From Azolla caroliniana (Eukaryota > Plantae > Polypodiophyta), in NCBI GenBank assembly GCA_043228905.1, contig JBHGNT010000010.1:16740001-16804000 (forward strand): a DNA stretch of 64,000 nt, read 5' to 3'. Positions 38,781-50,859 of this stretch are shown here, in pieces. Both the position numbers and the translations under genes were made by a program. Under the pieces are notes generated by a model that saw only the letters and a list, made by a program, of their open reading frames with translations, was not told the DNA's origin and did not search any database. The first letter of the stretch is position 1. Each line of letters starts with the position of its first letter.

Positions 38781-40951
38781 TGTAAGAATTACATATTGGC
38801 ACATTTTCAACGTATGTTTTCTCTTAGTGCATGGATTCCGACATGTTTGACTTAAGAGAGTTTGGACACACATACGCAACTCTAGCTTTGCAATGTGTTC
38901 AATTTGATAAGGAAAACATCTTGGCACATTTTTTACATATATTTTCTATTGTTGCATGAATATGGACATGCTTGACTTAGAGCATATGTACACAAACAAG
39001 CAACTCTAGCCTCTCAAGGATTCCTTGAAAAGTTGAAACAAAGCAAATCCCAATGTATGTGCCTTGATAGTGAAAGTTTGAGTAAATCAACCGGACTAGT
39101 AGAGGCAAGAATGAAAGGTTCCATAGAACACTTTCTTTTGAGTACATTATTTTTGCAATTACGATATTTTATTAGCAATGTTGAAAGCACAAATTCTTGG
39201 TAGTCATAGCAACTTCAACGATCTTAAAAGATTGGGAAAGTTGTTGAAATTGGGGGATTGCGCACCTCCTCCAGTAATTGACATTGGCATTGACATTTTT
39301 CGTGGGAAACTAGGCCATTTGAAGTTAAAGAAAGTTTCAAGTTTGAGTTAGTTCACAAGAGTTCAAGAAGAATATCATCTAAAAATGTGGTTTGCTCGTA
39401 TATACATTCAAAGAAGAAACACCATAATTAGCTTCACGTGTAAAGAAAGGACAACAAAAAAAAAAAAAATGTATTTCCAAAAACCGGGTCTTCACTAACT
39501 CAATTCTATTAGCACTACTATGATGGATGAATGGAGCAAATCTATTGTAGAGAAGCTTGTTGTACATATTCCAAGGAAACATGTATCACTCGCAAAGAAA
39601 CATATTGAACCTAAGTTACAACTTACAACACCTTAAAGATCTAAAGCTTATTTGGACACCTGCGGTTCTTAATGAACGTAGAATTGGAATACGTTTCCAT
39701 GAACCTCTTTACATTTGGCCTTGTCATTTTCCAATGGTTGACTAGTGACAAATTGTCTGAAGTAAAAACTTATTCACTAGTACAATACATGAGATGGAAT
39801 ATCTTCTCAATAAGCTATGAGCGCAAGCGTTTCTAATTGAGATGCATCACTAACGTTATCTTCTTACAAATAACAGCAAATGGTTTGAAAATATAAATGT
39901 TATGAGTGTGACATTGTGTTGTATTTCAACGAGGAGGCATTTCATGTCAAAGAAAATATTCATTATCCTAATTTGTTTTGTAATGACTATGAAGGCTGAT
40001 GGTAATTGATGGTAATGTTCATGAATACTTGAAACATCATCTTGTTTCATTTGAATTTCATAATTGAATGTATTTCTATTCAACTAGCATATCAATTATA
40101 ACTTAAGATGGTCCATAAATGCCATTATCAAACTTTCTTGGCTAAGATGGCTCTTGCCTATTTACCATGCGAGAATTTTGATATTTTGTGAGAATTATTA
40201 CGCATCAATATTAGTTGGGTCTTCGAAAAGTTGTCTCACCATGAATAATCAATGACAATAATAACAAGAATACCCTATCTATTTAGAGGAGATTGAAATT
40301 AAAATTAAGTCATATTCAATGTTTCTTTACATGATTATAAACAAATCTATGGACATTGGCGTTTAAGTTCTCATTGTCAATATACTAAAAGAAATACCAT
40401 TTATCCTAGAAAACTAAACTCTAGACATTCATATAAGAAAACAAACTATGTATGATCGGCGATTATTTGATTATATGGATTATGACATGTTTGACTTAGA
40501 GAGTTTGGAGACGTAAGAGTTGTAGAACCTCGATATCTCCTTGAAATGGAGATAAACATGCATGTATTTTATTTATTTGTTTAAGGTTTTGCAAGTTCTT
40601 TAAGAGATTGATAAAATGTGAGTATGAAATATACGTAGAATCTATTAGTGTGTGCACAAGCAAGCATTTTCTTTAATTCCAGGGTTTCACCATTTTTTAT
40701 TTTTTTTTATCGGAGTGGGTTCTCAAAACTTTCCTTAGTGGATTATTGTTCATCTTGCCAATTGGCAATTCAATATGTCACACTATTCGTATCATTGATT
40801 GGCAATTCGAATATGTCCCACAGTTTGTATCGCCTATTGGCAATTCAACATGTCCCACTACCCAATTAGTTAGTGGACGACCATACTCACTCCATTGTGG
40901 TACCCATTTATTGTAAATGCCAATGTTTTTCACACACATTTTATTGATGGA

Positions 40952-41004
<53 letters not shown>

Positions 41005-41619
41005 TGGCATAGGTTCAATGCCTAGTAATCTAATAACTTACCATTAGGGTAAGCTAATTACAATAACAAACTTTGAAAAGGGAAAAATATGTTTTCTTTA
41101 TTTTAATTTTATTTACTACTATGGGAAATTACCTCAACCTAGTGGTTAGTTGTTATGCTATTATTGTTTATGTCTTGGGTTCGATTCCCAATTTTCTCAT
41201 CTCTCTCTCGTTAGTGTCATGTCATAGCAAAATTTTATGTTACGTCATGTTCCTTTTTCTTTTCTTTTCTTTTTTATTAGAAATTAGCTCACCCTAGTGG
41301 TAAGTTGTTATCCTACTATTGCCTATGTCATTTTTTCTTCATATTCTCAAATATACGTTTTATGAGTTTTTGAACGTTTGATTATAATTTATAATGACAT
41401 ATTTTGATTCAATCTCTATAGTTCATACTCATTTTTTTGTAAAGTTTTAAAGTGAAGAAATTGATACTTTCACTAGTTACGAGATGAGCACGTTGATAAT
41501 TGCAAGATGAGCTCATCATCAATACAATTATGTCTTTGAACTATTTGATTTTTATATTCGTGTTTTCTAATGTTTAGTAATTAAGTAATTCTTAAGTTTT
41601 GAGCTTTTAATTGTGTTAA

Positions 41620-42060
41620 CATTTGATTCAATCAATATACAATATTGAGCGTGGTCTTTTTTTTTCCAACTTATTAATCCAATCCAACTTTGAGATGATT
41701 TACCATACACATTTGATTGAATCATTCTCGAACCTTTATTTTTTTTCCAACTTATTAATCCAATCCAACTTTGAGATGATTTACCATACACGTTTGATTC
41801 AACCATTCTCAAATCTTTATTTGTTTCCCAACTTATTAATCCAATCCAACTTTGAGATGATTTACCATACACGTTTGATTCAACCATTCTCAAATCTTTA
41901 TTTGTTTCCCAACTTATTAATCCAATCCAACTTTGAGATGATTTATCATACACGTTTGATTCAACCATTCTCAAATCTTTATTTGTTTCCCAACTAAATT
42001 ATCCAAATTATCCAACTTTGAGATGATTTACCATACACGTTTGATTGAATCATTCTCAAA
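41620..42060. repeat. Minisatellite, 75-bp unit, ~6 copies
   Basis: caacttattaatccaatccaactttgagatgatttaccatacacgtttgattcaaccattctc repeated. Confidence 0.95.
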
Positions 42061-43329
42061 TGTGAATGCGCATATGGTACATATGGTTCATTCTATGGTA
42101 TCAAGTAGATATAATAGAGAGGTGAGAAAATGAGGTTTCGAAGCGAAAATGTTTTCAAGTAACAATTTACCATTAGGGTACTAAGCTAAAGCTAATTATG
42201 GTAAAAGAAAGAAAGATAGAAAGAGAGTCATCTTGTGAATTAAGAGATATGTATGAAGTATCTAATAGAGAAGCGAGAAAATTAGGTTTCGAAGCGAGAA
42301 TGTATTGTAACAATTTACCATTACCGTAAGCTAATTACGGTAAAAGAAATAAAACAGACGTCCAAATTATGTTGTTTTGATCCCTTATCTCCCTCTCCCC
42401 TCCCTTTATCTCATCTAATCCTCGCCTACACCAAGTTTTGTCTACGATTCGGGTGCGTTCAAATCGATCTTGGTGGTCTCTTCTCCCTCTCGACTTATCT
42501 ACAACCCATCAATGATTTCACCATTCCGCACTCCTTGTACCGGCTCGAATGTCAACAAAAAAAACAGACGTCCAAATTATGGTGATAAGAGTGTGTGAAC
42601 AATCAGATGAAAGATTAAGATTAGGTTATGGTTGTAGAGATGGTGATGAGTTGTGGTTCTCCTTATTTATAGCCCCCCCCCCCCCCACTCTCTCTCTCTC
42701 TCCATTGACTCTTTTTGTGGGTGATTCACTTGTTACATTTTTAGTCCAGTACGGAAACAGTCCTTTGTCCTTATCCCTCTCTTTCTATATATACATATAC
42801 ATATATATATATATATATACAGTATAGGATATATTGTACATACATTTAAGTACTATAAGCAAAAGGTAATGTATATCTCCTCTGTACTTCCTCAGAAGAT
42901 CTTCTTGTATGTATGCATGTTCTCAGATAATGGTGTGTGTATTTTCCATCCATGTCCCTCTTCTTCAGACTTCTCTTCTCTTTAGTACTCTTCTGATTGC
43001 AAATTATAGCCTATGATTTTAACTCCTACTCCCTAATTACTTCTATTGTTATCTTCACCTGATTGCAAAATTATCATAGCCTGCTGTTTCCCTTAAAAAA
43101 TTTCAGTTCATGACTATCAGGTAGGTTTCTCATTCATCGGATTCTAATTTATTTATTTATTGTTTTATTTTTCTTCTAATTTATTATTATTATTATTTGA
43201 TTTATTTTGCTATATTATCATTGTGAACAATTTGTAATTTGCAGGCTTCTTCTTCTTCTTCTTCATTTATTCAAATTTTTTTTTTTTTTTAATTGGCATC
43301 CGAAAATGCTGATTTGACTACTGTATAAG

Positions 43330-45661
43330 ATGGTTAAAAATAATGATTATCTGCAAATTATTTTGCAGGGTAAACTTGGAGCAGTAGCAGAGATGAAGCA
43401 AGTGCTATTTAATGGACATGATGATGATGATAATGATGATGATGATGGTAATGATGTGGCATTAAAGATGGCCAACACTGGATCAAATGGGCATGATGTG
43501 GCATTAAAGATGACCAATAATGGATCAAATGGGCATGATGTGGCATCAAAGATGGCCAATAGTGGATCAAATGATGTGGCATCAAATGGGCATGATGTGG
43601 CATCACCAAAGATGGCCAATAGTGGATCAAATGATGTGGCATCAAATGGGCATGATGTGGCATCATCAAAGATGGCCAATACTGGATCAAATGGGCATGA
43701 TGATGATGATGAGGATGATGAGGATAGGGCATTCAAGAGTGCCAATCCATTGGTTGATGATGATGGTCCACCACCTCTGCATGATGTCCATAGTACTTGG
43801 CCTAGTGATGCCACCTGCACCCAAGAGCAGGAGCAAGAGCAGAAGAAGAAGATGAAGAGGGTGATGTTGGACCTGAGTGGCCATTGCTTGGACACCTTCC
43901 TAATTCATGACCCCAGCTTCACTACAAACCTTATATCCCTCCACCTCTCCAACAACCAACTTAAGGTTAACACAAAATCTCAATTCATTAACTAACTCTA
44001 AAAATAATCTTTTATTTTAGTTATTATTTATAATCTCTCTTTTTTTTGGGGGGGGGGGGGGGGGGGGGGGGTCATTTTCATTTCTCTTCATTTTCCCCTT
44101 TACACTTTTAATTTTCTATTCTTACCATTATCTCTATATATTTTTTGATATTTTTTTTATTGCAGCTCATGATTTTACCACTTTTAACTATTTATTTCCA
44201 TTTTCTTTTTCTTTATATTTGTGCGGTTTTTGTTTTATCTTCCCATCATGACCACAACCTTACGCTTGTTTGATGGGTTGGTTCCTAGAGCTTGCCAAAT
44301 TCTATTGGAGACTTGGATAACCTTGAGATTCTAGACGTGCAATCGAATGAACTGTCTGGCCTACCAGACTCAATCGGATTCTTGGCGAACCTCAAACTGC
44401 TCAATGTGTCTGGGAATATGCTCACCACTCTCCCTGATAGCATTGGAGGATGCAGGTAACTTGTTAGAGATCATGCACCAATATCATATACTTTAAAAGA
44501 GTTAAAGCACAAACAAATGGTCCACCGATTCATAAAGGTTGTATGGTAGTTTGTAAATTTTGTATATTTAAGTGCAAATTTAAAGGAGTGGGTAAGCCCA
44601 TTCATTGTCCCAACGAGTTTTTACAAGACATGGCACATGTTTGTATATTACCACAAGAAATCAAGTTGGTGGCTCGAGGAACAATCCACCATCTACTTAT
44701 TCATGTTTGCATCCACATATATATTTGTGACTATGTATATATAACATTTTCCTCCTCATAAGATTGAGCTACATAGTTTCCCTTCAGTCTCATATTGTAT
44801 GACGTATTCAGTAACAATATTCATGAGCTTTTTGAAATGATTTTACTATAAGTTTGATATATTTGTAGGCAATTGGTAGAGCTTAATGTCGGTTTCAATC
44901 AACTCGAACGTATCCCAGCTCGGCTCGGTTTTGACCTTATTCACTTACGCAACCTTTGCCTTCATTCCAACAAGCTCACATTCTTACCTCCGTCCATATG
45001 TGAACTCAAAGAGCTCAAGTTTCTTGATCTTCACTTCAACAACTTGAAGTCCTTACCATCCTCCATGGGGAACTTATCATCTTTAGAGAAGCTTAACATA
45101 AGCAGCAATTTTAGCGATTTTGGGGGCTCATTGCCGTCAACAATAGGAGATCTAGTATTTCTTGTAGAGCTTGATTTGAGCTTTAACCAAGTGAAGGTGT
45201 TACCGATGGGTGTGGGAGCATTAGAGAACCTCAAAGTGCTAAAGGTAGACAACAACCCCCTTGTGGACCCACCCTTAGAAGTTGTGGAACATAGCATGGA
45301 AGCTTTGCTTGAGTACATGTCAGAGAGGTGGAAGACCTTCCAAACATATGATAATAATGACGATGAAGAATTGGGGTTAGGGGGTTCGCATACACCCACA
45401 CGAGCAGCTTTATATAATGTTTGCGCGTCTCCGATGACAACACCTCGTCGCGACAACAATGGGCACCAATATAGTATGAAGACGGTTGGGTTTGAGGCGT
45501 CACCAGTTCGAACACGATCATCAAGTGTGTCGACAACGGTACTCCATTGGCTAGGAGGCATGACATGTATGAATGGGAGGAATTCTATTCCTAATTTGTC
45601 TCTACATCACAAGCCTTTGAGTAGTACGTCTAGTCCATATCACCGTCATCATCAATATTAA
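43330..45661 (+). CDS. Plant intracellular Ras-group-related LRR (PIRL-like) protein. Exons 43330 (or ATG 43393)-43965, 44289-44455, 44869-45661
   Basis: Repeated LxxLxLxxNxLxxLPxSIG units across GT-AG introns in frame, [12 protein letters not shown] cap, no signal peptide. Start codon uncertain. Confidence 0.85.
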
Positions 45662-46249
45662 AATTATTCATACATAGCAAGATCGCAACATGGAGTACAA
45701 TTCGTATACATGGTCTAATATTGACTTTCATGTGTTTATACAACATGCACAATTTTTCTCAAAAATTCCTACTTATGTATGGTCATGTACGTATAATAGG
45801 CATTATTGTAGTTCTTTGTTTTTTCTCGATGGAAAAGTAACATTTTTTATCTTTTTGTGTTCTAAATTATAAGAACCGGTTTTTGTTTAAAGACTCAAGA
45901 ATTTGGTTGTTATTGAAATATTTTAACTTGATAGGTGAAACTCGTAATTTTGTTTATACATATGATTATGTAAAGGTTGATGTCATTGTATAGCACAAAA
46001 TTTTAATCAAAGTATGATATGCAATGGGTATTGGAACAAATATTATTGGAATTTCTAATTAGAAGTAACCATGTGTTATTTGTATATAAGTATGAGAGGA
46101 GATCTTTTATGAGCATGATCTCCAAACTACATATAACATGTATTGTTTTATGCCAATCCATGGAAATTTAGGAGCAACATATGGACATCAATTAGCCTTT
46201 TTAATTTAAATATCACAAGTTTGATTTAATAAGCCAATTGGCATAGTAA

Positions 46250-48460
46250 TGCTATAAAAGTCAAGTAGGGAATGTCTCATGTGATGTGTCCATTGGATTC
46301 GAATTTCAACCTATATTCCATCTTCCTGTAAGAAGCCCTGAATATTATAATTTAAGCAAGATATATCTCCCTCCTACTTTGAAAGTGTCGTGCAATGTTT
46401 CGAGCTTTGACTCATGTCTTTCTTCACTAACAAGGTGGAGCACATTGCTCCCAGGCAATAGAGGACTATTTTAAACATAAGTACATGGAATACCCAAATC
46501 TGTTTTCTCTCTCCAAAGACCCTTAAGCTTATAAGATTCATTTTAACTTGTTAACAAGACCACAATATCAAGGTTGAACCTTTAATCCTATCTTACCTTT
46601 TGGTAGATTAGCCATCCATATAAAAGTAAGCATTAAAATTAATTATCAAATGAATTCACAATATCAAAACGATTCTAGATTTAGGTCTGGTTTCTTGGCC
46701 TCTCAAATGTGGACCATATCATTCCCATGATTCTTACGAGAATTGAACTCCAAAAGTGTTCGTGTGTTTCAATGTAAATGAAGACCTTACAGACATAACT
46801 TTCTTGACAAAAATTATTAAGCTATTAAATTCCAAGCACACTTTCATGAATTCTCAATCAACACAAAATTAAATGAGGAAAAATCATTAATCATCATGAA
46901 CAAAAAATGTCAACTTCTACATCCACATTAGTGTCCTAGGTTTAAAATTCCAATCACTATATTCACTTCAATGTTTTTATTTGGTATGGTTATAAGATCC
47001 ATCCTATGATCTCTTATCAAATGTGTATATGCAAAGTACCTAGCAAATAGTGCACTTATGAATCATGATTTATGAATGAGAAACATAATGCTAAATGTGG
47101 TTCTATGTTAGTATTAAGAAAACCCCTTGATAATTATGTGATTCTCATTCTATGATCTTTTGCCAAAGATGGACATCTCGCTAGGAATAATTTAAAATGC
47201 CATTTCATAGTGTTCAAATTAACCCATACGTGCAGACAAAAAATATAAGCATTTCTATTACCTTGAAGTCCTCCAAAAAACCATCTAGTTCCTCATTACA
47301 CCTACACAATGGAAATGGAATAGAGACAAATGGTTTTTGCAAGGATTTCATGAAGTTGGAAAAACACAGGATTCTTTGTTCACTTTGAACAATTCATTAC
47401 CTGCGTATAACTCATGGTATAATCCCCATGTTTCAATAGTAATATTTCAAGATTTTGACATGCTTGCATACTCATCTAGCGTTGATGACAAGTTTGCGAT
47501 ATCTAACCATAGAATGTGGTCATATGGATTAAGGCTTCCAACTGAACCAATAAGGTGCTTATTGTTGGAGTATGAGATTAATATTTCTTGCTTAGCCTTA
47601 GATATTCATAAATATACCTCCAATGCATGACCACGAATACCATGAAACTTGGTACGTGACACTCCCTCAATACACCACAAGCATCAATATTCAACATCAT
47701 TGGGATCTTAAAAGCTTAAATCATAAAAGAAGATAAATGACATCATAAACTATCCACATCATCACCAGCAGCATGCTTATGTTCTTACTCCTTACTCAGT
47801 AAGAAACAAATATCATAAAAGGGCGTCCCAACCACATCATCATGGCCATGATAATCAACATCAAAACACATATTGGTCATCAAGCCTTTCCAATCGTCAA
47901 CACCAAAACAATCACGAACAATAGAATCTCATTGAGGAAATCCGAGCCCCTCGCAATAGTGTGCCTATATCTTCCGCATACACCAACTATCTCACAGCAT
48001 CCAAATAATCACCTCAATAACCTTGAGGAACATCTCTTATATCATGCTCAGCTTCATTAGAATAACCACGAAACCAACAAGCATAAAATCAAAATACATC
48101 TTCCCTTTTGTTCATGCATTACTTTATCGGTTTTCCCATCATGCATATTTACTTTCTTCATGATAGAATACAATACCCAACAGCAAACTTAGCATCGTCG
48201 AAAAACCAAAGCCTATGCTCACTAACTTTCCTTCCATTCTTGATGGGCAATCCTCATTGCCTCCTTTCCCCAAAGACTATTAGCATGTTTATGACCTAAG
48301 CAATCTGAAAGACTGCTAGCGCATTTACATCAAAAAGCCTTCTGGCATTGTAGCTCTTGAAAAATATTCTGAAAATTCACGGAATGCTTGTAATCTACCA
48401 ATCGTTTGAATAGATTGGGTTGGGGGTATATCCCTCATTCCACGGATTTCCAATTGACAA
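46250..48460 (-). mobile_element. Heavily decayed LINE reverse-transcriptase region
   Basis: FFDDA-like motif near 48195-48205 and a QGxP-like remnant near 48420-48445; no long ORF. Confidence 0.35.
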
Positions 48461-49400
48461 TGTTAAGGAACAATACTCTAGGTACCTTGTAGTGCATAAC
48501 ACTAAGAATAGTGATAATTGTTGTTCTAGAAAGCTAAATTTTATAAGGTTGCAAAAATGAAACTTAAAAGATATGCCCCAAGGTTACAATAACTATACTT
48601 GAGCTCTTCATTAAGTACTACATAATCTCAAGCAATAAGAACTTGAGGCTCTATATTCGGATTTGAAAAAAAAAGAGTTTCACTTCAACTAAACAAATGC
48701 GAGAAACTCATATGAAACATTAATTATGATTAACTCAAAGTGAAGGCACATTTATTTGTCTTCTCACACAAGAACAAAAAGATAGCAGTAACTAAATAAA
48801 ATTAAGGCATTGTTACTGGCCAGACCACAGTGAGAAAACATCAATCTTTTTACATTATAGGAGATAGACTTTTAAGATTCGAAAGTATAAACATGATGGT
48901 CATAGTGATAGACATCTTGTGATCTGTGGCATGTTGTTTGATTATTGGGTAATGCTATGGGTCTGATGTTGTGTTTCAAGGTAATAAAAAAAATCCTTAT
49001 TTCAGTTTTGAGATGATGATACGTTGTCTTGATTTGTTTGAGTTTGAGTCCACTATGAGCAATTGATAGTTTACACAATCGCCAAAATACAGTTTAAAAC
49101 ATAGAAGCAAATCCATATTTTTATCTTTTTCTCTATTACATGGAAAGCAAAGAAAAGAAGTGACGATGAAGGAATTACAACAAGAATGTATAGGACTTCC
49201 GTCATTAGGAACTATCCAAATTTGACACTTCAAAAGATAATAAAAAAATCAGAAAAAGAAAAAACAAAAACCCTACCTATTTTTTGCATCTCTGTAACAC
49301 ATTGTTCACTTTCGACCCTGACCAAATAAGGGTAATCAAGATAGTAGAAAAATGGGGAGAAACAAGAGCTTAATTAGGATGGGGGAGGAGAGGTAGAAGA

Positions 49401-49631
49401 TCACTTATCATCATCAACACCATGATTTGGCGGAATTGGAGGAGAGTGGAGGAGTTCGAACTGCTGCTGCTGCTGCTGCTGCTGTTGTTGTTGATGATAT
49501 TCGATGGATCCATAGCTCCTGCTCCTCATGTTCCTGCGTTCTTGTTCTTGCAGGCGATGGACAGCTGCGATACCTGCTGCGGTCACGAAACCCACCAACA
49601 GCAGGAACCCGCCGGCCTTCCCCATCTCCAT
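49401..49631 (-). CDS. Small single-exon PET117-like (cytochrome c oxidase assembly) protein, 76 aa, poly-Gln tail
   Basis: [36 protein letters not shown] matches the PET117 pattern (hydrophobic stretch, then VHxxQxxE/DRxxM/L). Confidence 0.6.
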   Translation of the reverse strand: MEMGKAGGFLLLVGFVTAAGIAAVHRLQEQERRNMRSRSYGSIEYHQQQQQQQQQQQFELLHSPPIPPNHGVDDDK

Positions 49632-49817
49632 CTCTCCTCCTTCTCCTTCTCTTCTTCTTCTTCTCCTCCTCCTCCTCCTCCTCCTCCTTCTATGCGTATG
49701 TAATATGTATCTGTATACGTATACGTATACGTGTATTTGTAAATTGTACATGAGTATGTATATGTATATGTATACGAGTATGTATACATATGTACGTATG
49801 TGTATTTGTACATGAGG

Positions 49818-49822
49818 ATATG

Positions 49823-49913
<91 letters not shown>

Positions 49914-49960
49914 GTGCATGTGTATGTGTATGTGTATGTGTGTATATGTATACAGTATAT
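49818..49960. repeat. (TATATG)n / (TATGTG)n microsatellite
   Basis: Directly visible. Confidence 0.95.
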
Positions 49961-50039
49961 ATATGACATTAAACACAACCAATGGCTTATGCATAGACAC
50001 CCCCTTCGGGATGCTAAGAAGTATCAGAACACTAGGTGT

Positions 50040-50270
50040 GGTGGGAGTTCCATCAATCCATCATCATCCTCAGATGTGATCTCGTGTGAGTCGTATCCAC
50101 TCACTCGCCCTTGTTGTCGCACAACCATCCATCCGGTCGCAGAATGAGCAGGATGGTGGGAGTTCCATCAATTCATCATCATCCTCGGATGTGATCTCGA
50201 GTGATTAGTATCCACTCACTCACCCTTGTTGTCGCACAACCATCCATCTGGTCGCAAAACGAGCAGGATT
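50040..50270. repeat. Tandem duplication of ~116 bp
   Basis: ggtgggagttccatcaat...gagcaggat occurs twice. Confidence 0.9.
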
Positions 50271-50859
50271 TAGCCTGTGTAGTTTTTGCAGTCGTTTGAT
50301 GTGTGAACACAATATGCTCTTAACACAAGTGTATAGAGAATTGGAAAACCATTGCGTGTTTCCAAATTGTCACACGGGGTCAATCCGAGTCGTCAATTGC
50401 TTCTCCTACTCCGAGGAACATTATTTGATGCGAAGGAACTAAATAAACAATGATAACTTCAAAGTGAAAACTTAACATTTGAATCTGACTACATATTCTA
50501 TCACAAACCTTATTGCCCAATCTTCCTCTTCGGGAGAACCTAGTTTCTAGATCATAATACAAAGAGAACCCATATCTAAGGCCAAAACAAAACAAATATT
50601 GGCAATGCCGAAACAACCACGTCATACAAGTAAACGTATTGGAATGAAAAAAGTCAAATCCAACCACAAACACATATGTGTGAGTAAACATTATGTGTAT
50701 GGATGGAGTAGGCGAAGAAGCCTATGTTACGCACACGGGCTCTAACTTCTAGAAGGAGTGGAGGAAACATGGAAGCGAAAAGTGCTAAGTTGTGATCAAC
50801 CTCATGAACACATACACAGTGAATTCTGTGTGTGTGTGTGTGTGTGTGTAGAAGGAAAG

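Noticed and set aside
41567-41997. ORFs with 25-aa repeats on both strands; CRISPR-like periodicity
   Set aside because: By-product of a 75-bp tandem repeat. There are no unique spacers and no cas genes, and the context is eukaryotic.
43347-43895. His/Met/Trp-rich alternative-frame ORFs over the PIRL repeat
   Set aside because: Open only because of the low-complexity repeat. The frame starting at 43330 is the one that splices into the LRRs.
49528-50147. HIHIHI/YIYIYI/MYMYMY ORFs
   Set aside because: Translations of the (TATATG)n microsatellite.
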